The translations under genes were made by a program, and so were the position numbers. From positions 1 through 64,000 of the IMG/VR virus record IMGVR_UViG_2905984197_000003: a stretch of 64,000 bases of DNA; one strand, 5' to 3'. Under the pieces are notes generated by a model. It did no database searches. It saw only the letters and a list, made by a program, of their open reading frames with translations, and was not told the DNA's origin. Of this stretch, positions 29,766 through 40,284 are shown piece by piece. The first letter of the stretch is position 1. Each line of letters opens with the position of its first letter. Origin of the DNA: a virus (taxonomy: Duplodnaviria; Caudoviricetes).

Positions 29766-32700
29766 TATGGTATACCGGCAGCGCCTTTTTTAACTTTTTG
29801 ATTTAATTCAGAAATTTCTTTTAAAATCGCCTTCAGTGGTCTAGTATTAATTTCGATTTGACTTTGAATCAATAATTGATTTTTAAATACATTTTGATTA
29901 GCCTGGTGAATTTTAAGAATTGCAACGATGTTTATTCGAACAGCATTAAACTGAGCTTCCAATGCTCCGGCAGTCTTTTCGGTAATTCCTTTGATATCGC
30001 CTTTCATGCCTTGAGCGTTTTCTGCAGCAGAACCGAATAAGTCCTCATATTGTTGGAGGGCTGCGGTATACTGTTGCATTGCCGTCAAGCCTAAAGCTTT
30101 TATCTTTTCACGCTCTTCTTCCGTAAGTCCATCAAAGGAACCTGAAACTGAGTTTGCTGCAATTTGTTGCTGAAGAATTTTAATTTTTTCCAGCAAATAA
30201 TTTTTAGTAGAATTCAAATTAGCAGCAACAGAACTATTTACTGTAGGTATTTTTTTTTCAATCTCTGCAATTTGATCTTGATAATTTTTAAGTGCCGCAG
30301 CTTGTTCGGCTGTGGCTCCAGCTTCCCCACCAAATCCCATTGATTGATATAATTTATCAACCATACTTTTTACAGCTGGCTCTAAAATTTTAATTTTTAA
30401 AGCATTCGCAACAGCGTTTCTCATAACGTCATCAACAACCTTATCAAATGCAGTTGCAGCATCTTCTCCTTTTCCAAAAGCATCAATTAATGCATCAGCT
30501 ATTTTTTGTGACCAATCTTTAAAATCTGTAGTTGTTATTGATTTTTGAAAATTGTCAATTACATCTTGGATTTGTACATTAATATCTTTAATCTGCTCTG
30601 TATATGCTGCAACTTTATCTTGGTCTACCTTTTTCTTATCAGATTCTTTAGACCTCATATCATAAAGGATTCTTTGTTGCTCCTTGAGATTAGCAATAAG
30701 ATCTCTTTGCATGGCTATTTGAGATTCGCCAGCTGTCTTCTCTATTGCTCTTTGAAGTTCTTCGTAAGCAAATTTTAGATCGTCAACAGCTCTTTTCCAT
30801 TCACGAATACCTTTTTCTTTCTTTCCATCACCAGCAGTTGAAAGCATTTTTACTATACCTACAACCATTTGCGCTATTCCGCCAACCATTTGCTGGATAT
30901 TTCCTGAGAAATATCCAACTAAAGCATTTACTAAACCTTCTAATGTTTGAGTAAGATCTTTTGCAAATTTTTCAAAAGGGCCACCCTTACCATCCATTCC
31001 AAGTGCTTCGGACAATTCTTTTGCAGAGTTTACAGCTAAATCTGTGTAAAATTTAGTTTCTTGGATGTGTTGATTTAAACGGTTAAAATCTTCTTGTGTA
31101 GCAGTTCCTTCGCGAATTCTTTTTCTTAATTCTTTAAAGCTTGCTATAAGTGATTTAAAGGGACTGTTTCCGGTTGTAAGTTTTTTTAAGTCTTCAATCT
31201 TTTTTCTGAAAACTTCAACTTCTGCAGTGGGAGCTCCCAAATTAATCAGATTCTCCATTTCTTTTTCAAGTTGTGGAATCAGTTGGGAAATCTCTTTTTT
31301 AGTTAAAGCGTCAATGTTTCCAAAAGCTTTCTCAAAAAGATCTGTCTTTTCAAAAACCGACATAAAAGCACTTCGGTACTCTTTTGCTTCATCTTTTCCT
31401 GCAGCATTTAATAATTTTAATCGCTCAGAATCAGAAACACTCATTAATCCTATTCTTCGACGGAAGTCATTATATTTTTCAGAAATTTGTATTTGTTTTT
31501 GCTCAAAAGTTTCTTGTTCCTTTATGAAGTTAGAGTAAATCTCTTTTTGCTGCTGGGAAATTTCCTTTTTTCTTTCTTGAAGGTATTTTCTTTGCTGAAG
31601 AAAGAAATCGGTATTACCGCCTGATTTTTGATAAGCCTCACTCTGTGTATTTTCAATCACATCCAATTGGTCCACAAATGATGGCAACGCTTTCAAAGCA
31701 TCATCAATTCCCCTTTTAAAGTTTTCAAAAGGTGTTTCTGTGCCATTTAGTTCAGTAATTTTTTGCTGAAGGAAAACAATATCTTTTTTATCCTTTTCTG
31801 TTAATAGTCCGGTAGTTTGCTTTGCTCTTAAGACCTGTTCTTGTTTTTCTAAGTATTCAAGATAGTTTTGAGCACCGTTAAACAATTCTTTATATTGAGC
31901 ATCAGCGGTTTCCTTACCATAAAATTCAGACATCTTATAGTAATTATTCCATTGGCGTTCTGACTCATCAATTCGCTCTTGGAAAGATTTGTATTGAAGG
32001 GATGTAATCTTGTTTTCAATAACCTCTCTACGTTTGTAAGCTTCTTCAAGACTTACACTTTCGCCTGTTAAATATGCATTACCTTTTTTATCCTTGTCTT
32101 TTCCAAATTTATCGAGTTTACGAAGTTTAACTTGACCATTAATCGCAACATCTATAGCATCAGAAATCAAAGAAGCTCTTTGTTGAAGTTCTTTAATTGA
32201 TCCTTTAGGAATAATTTCAGCAAGCTGATTTTCTTGCTTTTCTTTTTTCGGATTTAATAAATCATCAAGTTTTTTCTTTTGTGCTTCAAGTTTCCTGTAA
32301 GCTGCCTCAGTTGGCGCAGAATCCATTTGCGCTGAGATCTCATCGATCTGAGCTTTTATTTTCTGAGCCCAACCTTTTTTTGCAGGTGTTTTGTCTTCTG
32401 TAATTTCGGTTTCGGTAATATTTACACCTCTTTTTGCAAGATCATCTAACTTTTTCTGAATCTCTTCTTTCTCCGCCTCCTTATCCTTGACAATTCTATC
32501 TACACGCTCCTTTTTTCTTTCTTTTAGACTCCAGTTAAAACTACTATCGAAATCTGTGAAATCATCCCACATATCGCCAAGACCAAAATCTCCTCGAGTG
32601 TTTTTTAAATCTTCGGTATCTGTTTCTAACCTTCCTAATTCATTAACATATCTCTTTGCCTCGGCTTCAAGCTTCAACATTTCAATATATTTCTGAATCA

Positions 32701-34531
32701 TTCCTGTAGCTTTCCCAGTTTTTACAGCCTCTGCATCTAATTGATCAAGTCTTCCATTAGTTAGTAATGCAATTCTTTTATAGGCGGCAGCTTTCGTATC
32801 TTCTGATGAGGTTTGATCTTCAACAACTTTAATTAAAGCCTTTATTTTTGCTTCTTGTTCAGTAATTGTTGAAATCTGATTCTTAGCATCGTCATTCATT
32901 CTTTTCTGCGATTCTTCAGCAACCGTTAAGGCAGTATTATATTTATAAATAGCATATCCCAATGCTATAATCAAGGCCGTTGCTAAAGCATACGGATTAG
33001 AAAACAATGTTGCATTTAAGAATGATGCAGCTTTTGCCGCTGCCGTCATGGCAAGAGTTTGTGCTGTTTGAGCGAATGTTAATCTTTGAGTTGATAAAGT
33101 ATTAAGCGTTTTTGCTGCTGTTTGCTCAATCTCAGTAGCCGTCTCTACCGTATTAGTTACCGCTGATAAACTTGTAGCTGTATTTTTAAGTTGAGTTTGT
33201 GTTGTTTGGAATTCAGTCGCTGTAGTTAAAGCTCCCTTTCTAGCTATTGAAGCATTCTCTTGCGCTGCTTGCACAGTGTTTTGAGCTTTTTCAACATTTT
33301 TCGTAGCAATTAAAACCTCTCTAGCTGAACCATTTGCTTGAACAGATCTTAATTCTGCTTTAGCTAAAGCAAGTTGAACCTGAGCATTTCCTAAAGCTTG
33401 TGCTTTTTCGATAGCTAAAGCAATTGCTTTTTGCTTTTTCACAGCTAATGAAGAAACCTCAGCTTGAAGCGTTGCGTATTTAGTCGTTAAAGCAGCTCTT
33501 TCAGCTTGGGCTTCAGCAAGAGTTGCAGCAGTTTGTCTTTGCGTAACTATTGCACGGCCGAGTTTCATCCTTTGCGAAAAAGATAAATACCCTATTTCCG
33601 TTGCTAATGTTTTATTCGCTACTGATTGAGCAGCTGAAGTGACCATTATAGCTGCTTTATATGCTCCATACGACAATACAAGAGTTTTTATTATTTCGAA
33701 TAACTCTTGATAATGCTCAACTAAATGTGTTAATCCATCAATACCGTCGTAAAGAATACCTTCATTAGCTTGACCAATTTTGTTTAGCATTTGATCCCAT
33801 TGATCGCCAAGATTCGAAACTCTTCCAGACATTGAGGTAGACTGTTTTTCCATTAATTCGAAAAACATTCCTCCCTCGCTTGTCAGATTTTTGATTACCT
33901 GCTCAACATCTTTAAAACCTACCTTGCCAGCCTCAATCATACCTTTGATAGCTGTCTCATCAGTTTTTAGAACCTTGGCTAATTCAGCATACATTGGAAT
34001 ACCAGCTTCGGTGAACTGACGCATTTCCGTACCCATTAATCTTCCGGCAGCTTTTACCTGACCATATGCAAGAATAATTCTATCAATAGGAACTGAAACC
34101 CCTGCGGAAATGTTTCCGATCCTAGTTAAAGTATCTAAAAGGTCTTTCGCAGGAACCTGGAATGCAAGAAGTTGTTTCGCACCTACAGATACATCTTTTA
34201 AAGAAAACGGAGTTTTAGCAGCCAGATCAACCATTTGCCCCATCAATACCTTAGCCTTATCAGCACTTCCAAGCATTGTAGAAAATGCAATTTCCGTTTT
34301 CTGGAATTCACCTCTTACATTGATAAGCTCTTTTGTAAATGAGAATAGTGTTTGAGCGGAAAAGTAACCACCGATAGCGGTTCCTAGATTACGGAAAGCC
34401 GAATCCATTTCCTGAGCTTCTTTTTTTGCAACTCCTGAAGCTTCACGAATGCTATTTTTGATACGAGTTATACCGGCGTCAAAATTATTAACGGATAAAA
34501 GTGCATCGAAATGTAAAGCTCCCTGATTCAT
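29765..34531 (-). CDS. Tail tape measure protein
   Basis: 1588 aa, helical and Ala/Lys/Glu-rich. N-terminal tape-measure domain (AAKTPF...YGQVKAAGRLMGTEMRQFTEAGIP...LTSEGGMF). Confidence 0.95.
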   Translation of the reverse strand: MNQGALHFDALLSVNNFDAGITRIKNSIREASGVAKKEAQEMDSAFRNLGTAIGGYFSAQTLFSFTKELINVRGEFQKTEIAFSTMLGSADKAKVLMGQMVDLAAKTPFSLKDVSVGAKQLLAFQVPAKDLLDTLTRIGNISAGVSVPIDRIILAYGQVKAAGRLMGTEMRQFTEAGIPMYAELAKVLKTDETAIKGMIEAGKVGFKDVEQVIKNLTSEGGMFFELMEKQSTSMSGRVSNLGDQWDQMLNKIGQANEGILYDGIDGLTHLVEHYQELFEIIKTLVLSYGAYKAAIMVTSAAQSVANKTLATEIGYLSFSQRMKLGRAIVTQRQTAATLAEAQAERAALTTKYATLQAEVSSLAVKKQKAIALAIEKAQALGNAQVQLALAKAELRSVQANGSAREVLIATKNVEKAQNTVQAAQENASIARKGALTTATEFQTTQTQLKNTATSLSAVTNTVETATEIEQTAAKTLNTLSTQRLTFAQTAQTLAMTAAAKAASFLNATLFSNPYALATALIIALGYAIYKYNTALTVAEESQKRMNDDAKNQISTITEQEAKIKALIKVVEDQTSSEDTKAAAYKRIALLTNGRLDQLDAEAVKTGKATGMIQKYIEMLKLEAEAKRYVNELGRLETDTEDLKNTRGDFGLGDMWDDFTDFDSSFNWSLKERKKERVDRIVKDKEAEKEEIQKKLDDLAKRGVNITETEITEDKTPAKKGWAQKIKAQIDEISAQMDSAPTEAAYRKLEAQKKKLDDLLNPKKEKQENQLAEIIPKGSIKELQQRASLISDAIDVAINGQVKLRKLDKFGKDKDKKGNAYLTGESVSLEEAYKRREVIENKITSLQYKSFQERIDESERQWNNYYKMSEFYGKETADAQYKELFNGAQNYLEYLEKQEQVLRAKQTTGLLTEKDKKDIVFLQQKITELNGTETPFENFKRGIDDALKALPSFVDQLDVIENTQSEAYQKSGGNTDFFLQQRKYLQERKKEISQQQKEIYSNFIKEQETFEQKQIQISEKYNDFRRRIGLMSVSDSERLKLLNAAGKDEAKEYRSAFMSVFEKTDLFEKAFGNIDALTKKEISQLIPQLEKEMENLINLGAPTAEVEVFRKKIEDLKKLTTGNSPFKSLIASFKELRKRIREGTATQEDFNRLNQHIQETKFYTDLAVNSAKELSEALGMDGKGGPFEKFAKDLTQTLEGLVNALVGYFSGNIQQMVGGIAQMVVGIVKMLSTAGDGKKEKGIREWKRAVDDLKFAYEELQRAIEKTAGESQIAMQRDLIANLKEQQRILYDMRSKESDKKKVDQDKVAAYTEQIKDINVQIQDVIDNFQKSITTTDFKDWSQKIADALIDAFGKGEDAATAFDKVVDDVMRNAVANALKIKILEPAVKSMVDKLYQSMGFGGEAGATAEQAAALKNYQDQIAEIEKKIPTVNSSVAANLNSTKNYLLEKIKILQQQIAANSVSGSFDGLTEEEREKIKALGLTAMQQYTAALQQYEDLFGSAAENAQGMKGDIKGITEKTAGALEAQFNAVRINIVAILKIHQANQNVFKNQLLIQSQIEINTRPLKAILKEISELNQKVKKGAAGIP

Positions 34532-34740
34532 TATTTTATATTTCGCTTGTTAAGCTCTTGAATATGTTTAGCGAAGTCTGAAGCGTTTTGAGGTGTTAAT
34601 TCTTTCACTTCTTCTTTCGGCTTGCCTTCTGATTTATTGTCTACGTATTTTTGACTCGGTAAGTCAGATAACATTCGTAGAATGGTTCCCCACGGAATTC
34701 CCCACATTAATTCTTTGTAGGAAATGTTTAATGTTTTCAT
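34531..34740 (-). CDS. Tail assembly chaperone C-terminal partner (gpT-like)
   Basis: ATG overlaps the stop of the upstream chaperone (ATGA). The frame stays open upstream to 34926. LMWGIPWGTILRMLSDLP motif. Confidence 0.55.
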   Translation of the reverse strand: MKTLNISYKELMWGIPWGTILRMLSDLPSQKYVDNKSEGKPKEEVKELTPQNASDFAKHIQELNKRNIK

Positions 34741-35267
34741 TGCAAATCCTGCAGTTCCGTAGATAGATTTGAGACCGGTGTTTTCCCATCTACCAGACTC
34801 GTCTCCTTCGGACTCGTTATCGTCATCTGTCCTATTATTCTGATAGAGGTTATAAAATTTTTGATGTCGTACATCTGGAGTATCGCAATACTCATTTTCA
34901 ATGCTATTTGTGGATTCAACTTCCACTTAAGATACTTTGAAAGCAAACCAGTAAACAGTTTGACCTTCCAGTAATCATGAAGAATACTAACTGCTATAAA
35001 TCGCATAAGGGGATCTATGTTCTTCTCCATTTCTTTGAAAACAGATGAATTATCATCTGAAAGAAGATTAACCTTGAGCTTTACAGCGTATTTGTTGGCT
35101 TGAGTGATTGTTCCAAAATGCAAGGGTTTAATATGGAATTCACGTTTTCCGATATTGATCTTAAAACCATGTTCTATAAGCAGGTCCGCTTCCTTTTCTT
35201 CAGCTTCTATTGCAGAAGTATTTTCTGCAATAAATTCTTTGAATATTGAATCTTCAGGATTTTCCAT
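34737..35267 (-). CDS. Tail assembly chaperone (gpG-like)
   Basis: 176 aa between the tail tube and tape measure genes. Confidence 0.65.
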   Translation of the reverse strand: MENPEDSIFKEFIAENTSAIEAEEKEADLLIEHGFKINIGKREFHIKPLHFGTITQANKYAVKLKVNLLSDDNSSVFKEMEKNIDPLMRFIAVSILHDYWKVKLFTGLLSKYLKWKLNPQIALKMSIAILQMYDIKNFITSIRIIGQMTITSPKETSLVDGKTPVSNLSTELQDLQ

Positions 35268-35273
35268 ATTTTG

Positions 35274-35304
35274 AAAAAATCCGTCTACAGAATGCAGACG
35301 GATT
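35274..35304 (-). terminator. Intrinsic terminator after the major tail protein
   Basis: AATCCGTCT-N9-AGACGGATT stem with a T-tract on the minus strand. Confidence 0.7.
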
Positions 35305-35326
35305 GCATTTTAATTAGTTTTTAATA

Positions 35327-35827
35327 CTATTTTTCTCTGTATACTAGAGCATCTTCTCCATCTTTCTCTGGAGCCTGAACCGTCACAACAACCTTCATTG
35401 TTAAAACTCCTTCAGTTCCCACAGTTCCACCAAGTGGAGTTGCTACAACTTTTCCGTTTGTTACATCGATATCATATCCTACTTTTGTTTCAAGTGAGAA
35501 TGATTTCTCGATGATTTCTTTAACAGCAGGTGGAGCATAACTCTTCTTGCCTGTGGTCGTGATAACCTCACCCCCCATGTAGTAGGCTTGAGTTTCTAAA
35601 GAAGGATTTGCAACTTCGAAGGTTAAAGTAGTTTCAGCATCGTTTTGTCCGATAGCTATTCTTTTTCCTTTTTCTTCAGTTTCAACCCAGTTAATAGTTT
35701 CGTCGGTAGTTTCAAGAACTACCGTACCTTTCAAGTGTTCATCGTGCTCTGTAAGCACGATTCCCATACCTCCATCGACAGCTTTGTCGCCTGATAGGAT
35801 TCTTTTTACACCGAATGTCCAAGCCAT
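35327..35827 (-). CDS. Major tail tube protein
   Basis: 166 aa, beta-rich, upstream of the chaperone and TMP and followed by a terminator. Confidence 0.7.
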   Translation of the reverse strand: MAWTFGVKRILSGDKAVDGGMGIVLTEHDEHLKGTVVLETTDETINWVETEEKGKRIAIGQNDAETTLTFEVANPSLETQAYYMGGEVITTTGKKSYAPPAVKEIIEKSFSLETKVGYDIDVTNGKVVATPLGGTVGTEGVLTMKVVVTVQAPEKDGEDALVYREK

Positions 35828-35846
35828 TTTTATTTTTGATTAATTG

Positions 35847-36245
35847 TTATTGAATTGTTCTTGTTTTAAGTCTGATGACGGAAACCCATTCATTCTTTCC
35901 GTCGACTTTATAATCACGCTGAGACTCGATTTCGATGTATGTCTTTTTATTTGGTAAATAAATCTCATCGAAAAGAGGCATCAGTAGTTTAGTAGCATTA
36001 TTGAGCGTTGCTAAATCTGGTCTGTAAGATGTTCCGGATTTTAAATCGCTTGCGTAAATGTTTATCAGAATTGTAGAAGGATATAAAACCAGGTCAGGAA
36101 CAAGTAAAGCTCCGATAACAACATCATTTTTCGTAGAATCGAAAGGTCTCTGATCAATATAAACATCACCTGTCATGATTGTTTTAAATTGACTAGAAGC
36201 GATAATTCCGTAAGCGATAGATTTTAATTCAAAAGATGTTATCAT
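35847..36245 (-). CDS. Tail completion/terminator protein
   Basis: Position; GDVYIDQRP...NIYASD motif. Confidence 0.55.
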   Translation of the reverse strand: MITSFELKSIAYGIIASSQFKTIMTGDVYIDQRPFDSTKNDVVIGALLVPDLVLYPSTILINIYASDLKSGTSYRPDLATLNNATKLLMPLFDEIYLPNKKTYIEIESQRDYKVDGKNEWVSVIRLKTRTIQ

Positions 36246-36718
36246 TGTGCTTTTCTCATTGAATTGACAATACTTTGTGCGACTTGCTTAATTCTGACAT
36301 TTGCTAAGCTTTTTGCTGGTGCAATAACATCCAGATGTTTAACATCCTCGATATAACTTGCGTATTCCATTCCTGCAACAACTATAAGCGCATATCCAAC
36401 CTGAAAGTTTTTAGCAATTTCTTTAGCGAAATTTTCTCCCACTCTTTCTCCCGGAACTTCTTTCGAATCGAATTCAGGACCTCTTTGTCCTGCTTCAAAC
36501 TTTGACGAAATAACATTTCCGTGTTTTACAACTACATATCCGATCGAGTTTCTAAGATTTCCGGTTCTGTCAGTGTAAGTGTCAAGGCTTTTCGCCAAAT
36601 TCACACATTCCATACCGAGAAAATTGAGATTTCTAATCATCAACTCGTCTAGCATTTTAACCTTGCCTTGCAGATATGAGTTGATTTCAGACATTTTGAA
36701 ATTAGCTTCTATACCCAT
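36242..36718 (-). CDS. HK97 gp10-like neck protein
   Basis: DRTGNLRNSIGY and VAGMEYASYIE motifs. Confidence 0.75.
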   Translation of the reverse strand: MGIEANFKMSEINSYLQGKVKMLDELMIRNLNFLGMECVNLAKSLDTYTDRTGNLRNSIGYVVVKHGNVISSKFEAGQRGPEFDSKEVPGERVGENFAKEIAKNFQVGYALIVVAGMEYASYIEDVKHLDVIAPAKSLANVRIKQVAQSIVNSMRKAQ

Positions 36719-37032
36719 AATCTACAGTGTAATTGAGGAGCGTTTGAAAATCTTATTACATCACCTGAAAGAATTACCTCATCTCCATTTTTGATTAGAA
36801 TCTTAGTATTTGCTGAAATCTTTTCAGTTCCATTCGGCATCACCACTTTTGAAGAATAATTCACAACTTCACCAGATTCTTTTGCAATGATATTTCCTGG
36901 TCCCGCTGCTCTTTCTCTACATTTACAGTGAAAAACCTCCGTAGGTTCGGAAGGAATTGGAAAACCTGTTTCCGGATCAGTTCCGCCTTCAGTATTGCTT
37001 ACCACATACAAATCGTGGGGATATTGTGTCAT
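36709..37032 (-). CDS. Head closure/adaptor protein
   Basis: 107 aa in the neck gene cluster. Confidence 0.55.
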   Translation of the reverse strand: MTQYPHDLYVVSNTEGGTDPETGFPIPSEPTEVFHCKCRERAAGPGNIIAKESGEVVNYSSKVVMPNGTEKISANTKILIKNGDEVILSGDVIRFSNAPQLHCRLWV

Positions 37033-37355
37033 GCTAAATAGCTTATGTCCTTAACTTGAACTTTGCCTTTTTTCAAAAGATCTTCGATTCCTAATCTGAT
37101 ACATTCCATAGCATACCAGCTTTCTAAAGCTTTTCGGTCATATTTGACTGAATAATCATCTTCAGATATATCGGGAGTTATCAATAACTCAAGGATTATT
37201 TCCGTGAAAAGCTTATCCATATCATCGGGTTTTGTCAAATCAAAAGCACCGTCGATTTGCTTAGAAGCAAAAAAAACGTCCAGATCTGCATCACTCATAG
37301 TGATAGACAATCGTCTAAGCTTACTTTGGAAATATTCCTTGTTTGTTACTGACAT
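37029..37355 (-). CDS. Head-tail connector protein
   Basis: 108 aa directly after the capsid gene; PDISEDDYSV motif. Confidence 0.55.
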   Translation of the reverse strand: MSVTNKEYFQSKLRRLSITMSDADLDVFFASKQIDGAFDLTKPDDMDKLFTEIILELLITPDISEDDYSVKYDRKALESWYAMECIRLGIEDLLKKGKVQVKDISYLA

Positions 37356-37359
37356 ATTC

Positions 37360-38466
37360 TTAGAAATCTCCGGTTGTACTCAGTAAGTAGATATACTTGA
37401 TAGTGTCAACGACAGGGAATGCATTTAATTCTGCTTTTGTCCACTCACCCCAAGGCTCATTTGCTGACCATTTAGAAATAAGTGTTCTACCTTTTTTATT
37501 GTAGGTAACATGCTCAACAGGTTTCATTTCTTCCATCGCTAAAGCATTTTTGATTTCTCCCAAATTACCTTCAGGAATAAATGCGATATTCGCAGCTTTG
37601 AAAGGTTGTAGAATTGAGACGTTTCCATCTTTTTCAATTGGAACACGGATGTCAACAATTTCGAAAACAGGAAGCTTTGCAGCTGTCATATACTCGTTGA
37701 TTCTATCAGAGGTCAATGGAGCTGTTTGAGAATTTCTTGCTGCTGCCGAAAGTCCGAAAAATGTTCCTACTGTTTCTTTTACTTCTTTAGACTGCATGAA
37801 CTGAAGAAAAGCGGTATTATCAATCAACATTTTAGCAAATGTTTTACCTTTACTATAAGCACCATTTACCAAATTGGTGATATCTGTAATTGGTTTTGAA
37901 TTTACGGTATCGCTCCAATCAACAGATGCGTTGATTTTATTCTCAGTAGGCATTTCCAATTCAATAGTACCAACCACAATACCGTCGGGGTTATTGTCAG
38001 CGGTAATAGTAATCGTTCCTGTTGAAATAGCTTCGGCAACGGTGTAATCAAGTCTTTTATCAACCGCTTCGGTAACATACTTTAAGTCGTCCCAAATCAA
38101 TTTTAAAGCTTGATTCTTCTTTTCGTTGTCTTTGATGGCCTTCATATCCTGAAGAACCATATAGTTTCTATATTTCTCTTCATCCAAGTCTCTCATCACC
38201 TTAATTGGCGGGATTTTACCTGTCAAAGACTGTAAAGTCTCACGACTTCTCAATGGAGTTTCACCATCACGAGTCACGAAAGATGCAGCAGGAGTAATTG
38301 TTGAATTACCCAATACTGTTGTGTAGGTTAATGATATTTGCGGTAAGGCAAATGAGAAATATTTTGAATACCAAGGCTGATTGAATTTTTCAAGCCTTGT
38401 ATCGATCATGATTTGCGTTGTCTCTTGGTCAGCGACACTTCCAAAAACTGATGCTTCTTTAGCCAT
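37360..38466 (-). CDS. Major capsid protein (lambda gpE-like)
   Basis: 368 aa. GKIPPIK, AISTGTI and WSDTVNSKPITDI motifs; follows the decoration and scaffold genes. Confidence 0.85.
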   Translation of the reverse strand: MAKEASVFGSVADQETTQIMIDTRLEKFNQPWYSKYFSFALPQISLTYTTVLGNSTITPAASFVTRDGETPLRSRETLQSLTGKIPPIKVMRDLDEEKYRNYMVLQDMKAIKDNEKKNQALKLIWDDLKYVTEAVDKRLDYTVAEAISTGTITITADNNPDGIVVGTIELEMPTENKINASVDWSDTVNSKPITDITNLVNGAYSKGKTFAKMLIDNTAFLQFMQSKEVKETVGTFFGLSAAARNSQTAPLTSDRINEYMTAAKLPVFEIVDIRVPIEKDGNVSILQPFKAANIAFIPEGNLGEIKNALAMEEMKPVEHVTYNKKGRTLISKWSANEPWGEWTKAELNAFPVVDTIKYIYLLSTTGDF

Positions 38467-38486
38467 TTTGTTTAATTTTTAAGAGA

Positions 38487-38858
38487 TTATCGAGATTCAG
38501 AGAAAATAATTAGAGGTAAGACATCTCTATGAGCTTGGTCAATTGAAGGTGTAACTCTTCTTGCGTAAACCGTTCCTCTCAGAACGACATCCACCGGAGC
38601 AGCATCTTCAATGATTACATCATTTTTCAAAAGACCTTTAGCATCTGACACCTCATCAGGTTCATCGCCTGTTAGGGTTGCTTTCTTTGCTTTTCTAGTA
38701 GCTTCATCAAACGTCATAGGTGTACCAGCGGAAATTGTCTCACCAGCTGTTAACCCTGTCATGTCTAATGAAAAACCACCTCGTGCAGTTTCCAGAATCT
38801 TCTGGAAAATCGGAATCGTTCTCGTTCCTGTTTTTGAGGTAATATCTAAATATCCCAT
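38487..38858 (-). CDS. Head decoration protein
   Basis: 123 aa immediately upstream of the capsid gene; ISAGTP and GLLKNDV motifs. Confidence 0.65.
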   Translation of the reverse strand: MGYLDITSKTGTRTIPIFQKILETARGGFSLDMTGLTAGETISAGTPMTFDEATRKAKKATLTGDEPDEVSDAKGLLKNDVIIEDAAPVDVVLRGTVYARRVTPSIDQAHRDVLPLIIFSESR

Positions 38859-38887
38859 TTTGTTATTGTTAAGATTGATTAATGCTC

Positions 38888-39496
38888 TTAGAATGACTTA
38901 TTGAAAGCTTCAATGTCTGCCTTCTTTTGAGCTTCAGTCTGATTCCCAACCGAACTTGCGGGCTTATATCCGTCTCCGGCATCAGCTTCCGTTCTGTTTT
39001 GTAAAATTTCGGAGTAGAACTCCCCTTGTTTAGTAACAAACTCTTCAATTCCTTCGTCATTTTCGAAGCTTCTTCCGAGCATAACAGAATCGATTTCCTT
39101 ATCTGTCATTTTCAAAGCTTTAAGTCCTGCAACTACTTTTTGATTGTTTGTTTCGACTGCTTTTTCAGTTTTCAAACCCTGTACAGTCTCTGTAAGTTTT
39201 TGAATTGCCAAAAGCATAGGATCAGTTGTTTTACCTTCCTCTGGTTTAGGTTCATCTGCTGCCCCTTCACCAGAATTTCCACCTTGTTCTTTCTTCTTAG
39301 TTGCCGCTGTCACTCTCGCATCAATCTCTGATTGAAAAGTTTTAGCAAGCGGTTCGAAAACCACACATTGAGCAGTTATTTCTTCATCGGTTGCGTTTTC
39401 TCCAAGAGAACCCGTAATAGAATCAGATAATCCCTGTAATGCCTTTTCGGAAAGCCCATTTTTTAGGAAATGTTTTTTTACGATTGGGTTAATCAT
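38888..39496 (-). CDS. Capsid scaffolding protein
   Basis: 202 aa, charged and helical; FQSEIDARVT motif; position upstream of decoration and capsid genes. Confidence 0.65.
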   Translation of the reverse strand: MINPIVKKHFLKNGLSEKALQGLSDSITGSLGENATDEEITAQCVVFEPLAKTFQSEIDARVTAATKKKEQGGNSGEGAADEPKPEEGKTTDPMLLAIQKLTETVQGLKTEKAVETNNQKVVAGLKALKMTDKEIDSVMLGRSFENDEGIEEFVTKQGEFYSEILQNRTEADAGDGYKPASSVGNQTEAQKKADIEAFNKSF

Positions 39497-39517
39497 TTTG
39501 ATTTCATTTTAATGAAT

Positions 39518-39568
39518 CAAAAATAATACATTCAATTGTACTATGTACGTTGGAAATTTGTATATTTG
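39518..39568. promoter_or_regulatory. Back-to-back Bacteroidota-type promoters around an ATGTACGTTGGAA box
   Basis: Minus-strand TATTTTTG at 39518..39525 and plus-strand TATATTTG at 39561..39568 both match TAnnTTTG. Confidence 0.6.
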
Positions 39569-39667
39569 TCGTGTTAAAATATTGATATGTGTATTATTTC
39601 AATGGATTAAATAAATAAAAGACCGTGATTTTATCGGCTTTTTTATCAATAATTAAATAGTTATAGC

Positions 39668-39976
39668 ATGGATAAAACTCACGCAAAACAACTTTCCTTA
39701 AGATTGGATAATTACCACCTAAAACAAATGCTTGATAAAGCTAAAGAAGAAATAAAAGATTGGACTGTTGCTTCCAAAATTAACAAAGGACTTTCAAAAG
39801 GAACTGTTTGGAATATCCTCGCAAATAATTTTGAGGTGGATAAACACCTGAATAACATTGTTAAGTACAATTTGATTAGAGAGTATGGGGAATTTCTTCC
39901 GGAAAGTTTACAACCAAGAAAAAAGCAGTCCAAACCTGAAATTATACCGGTTCATCAGGATCCTATTTTTAAATAG
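39668..39976 (+). CDS. Hypothetical protein (small-gene island)
   Basis: 102 aa, ATG start, first gene after the plus-strand promoter. Confidence 0.7.
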   Translation: MDKTHAKQLSLRLDNYHLKQMLDKAKEEIKDWTVASKINKGLSKGTVWNILANNFEVDKHLNNIVKYNLIREYGEFLPESLQPRKKQSKPEIIPVHQDPIFK

Positions 39977-40001
39977 ATTACTAACAAACAAAAATTAAAT
40001 T

Positions 40002-40265
40002 ATGAAAACTGTAAAAGTAAAAATGACCAGAAAAGTTACTTACGAAGCCGTCTTAAAAGTAAGTGATGAAGATTTTGAATTAATAAAAGATATTGATAAT
40101 GAAGATGTCGAAATGTATGACCGATCAACAATTAAAGATGTTGGCAACGGAATAAAAACCATTTCTACTAATAAAGTCTATGAGATATTGGATGATTTAG
40201 ATGATCCTACTTTTGAAATAGATAAAGAAGAAACAATGTTCGATGTTTTTGTAACTCCTGCTTAA
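40002..40265 (+). CDS. Hypothetical acidic protein
   Basis: 87 aa, A-rich leader, tight packing. Confidence 0.7.
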   Translation: MKTVKVKMTRKVTYEAVLKVSDEDFELIKDIDNEDVEMYDRSTIKDVGNGIKTISTNKVYEILDDLDDPTFEIDKEETMFDVFVTPA

Positions 40266-40284
40266 CCCTTAAATAAAAACAAAG

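Noticed and set aside
34737-34926. Canonical -1 programmed frameshift in the tail chaperone
   Set aside because: GGGAAAA is present near 34781-34787 but is read GGG-AAA-A, not the X-XXY-YYZ register, and an ATGA-coupled start at 34740 explains the second ORF. A non-canonical shift is not excluded.
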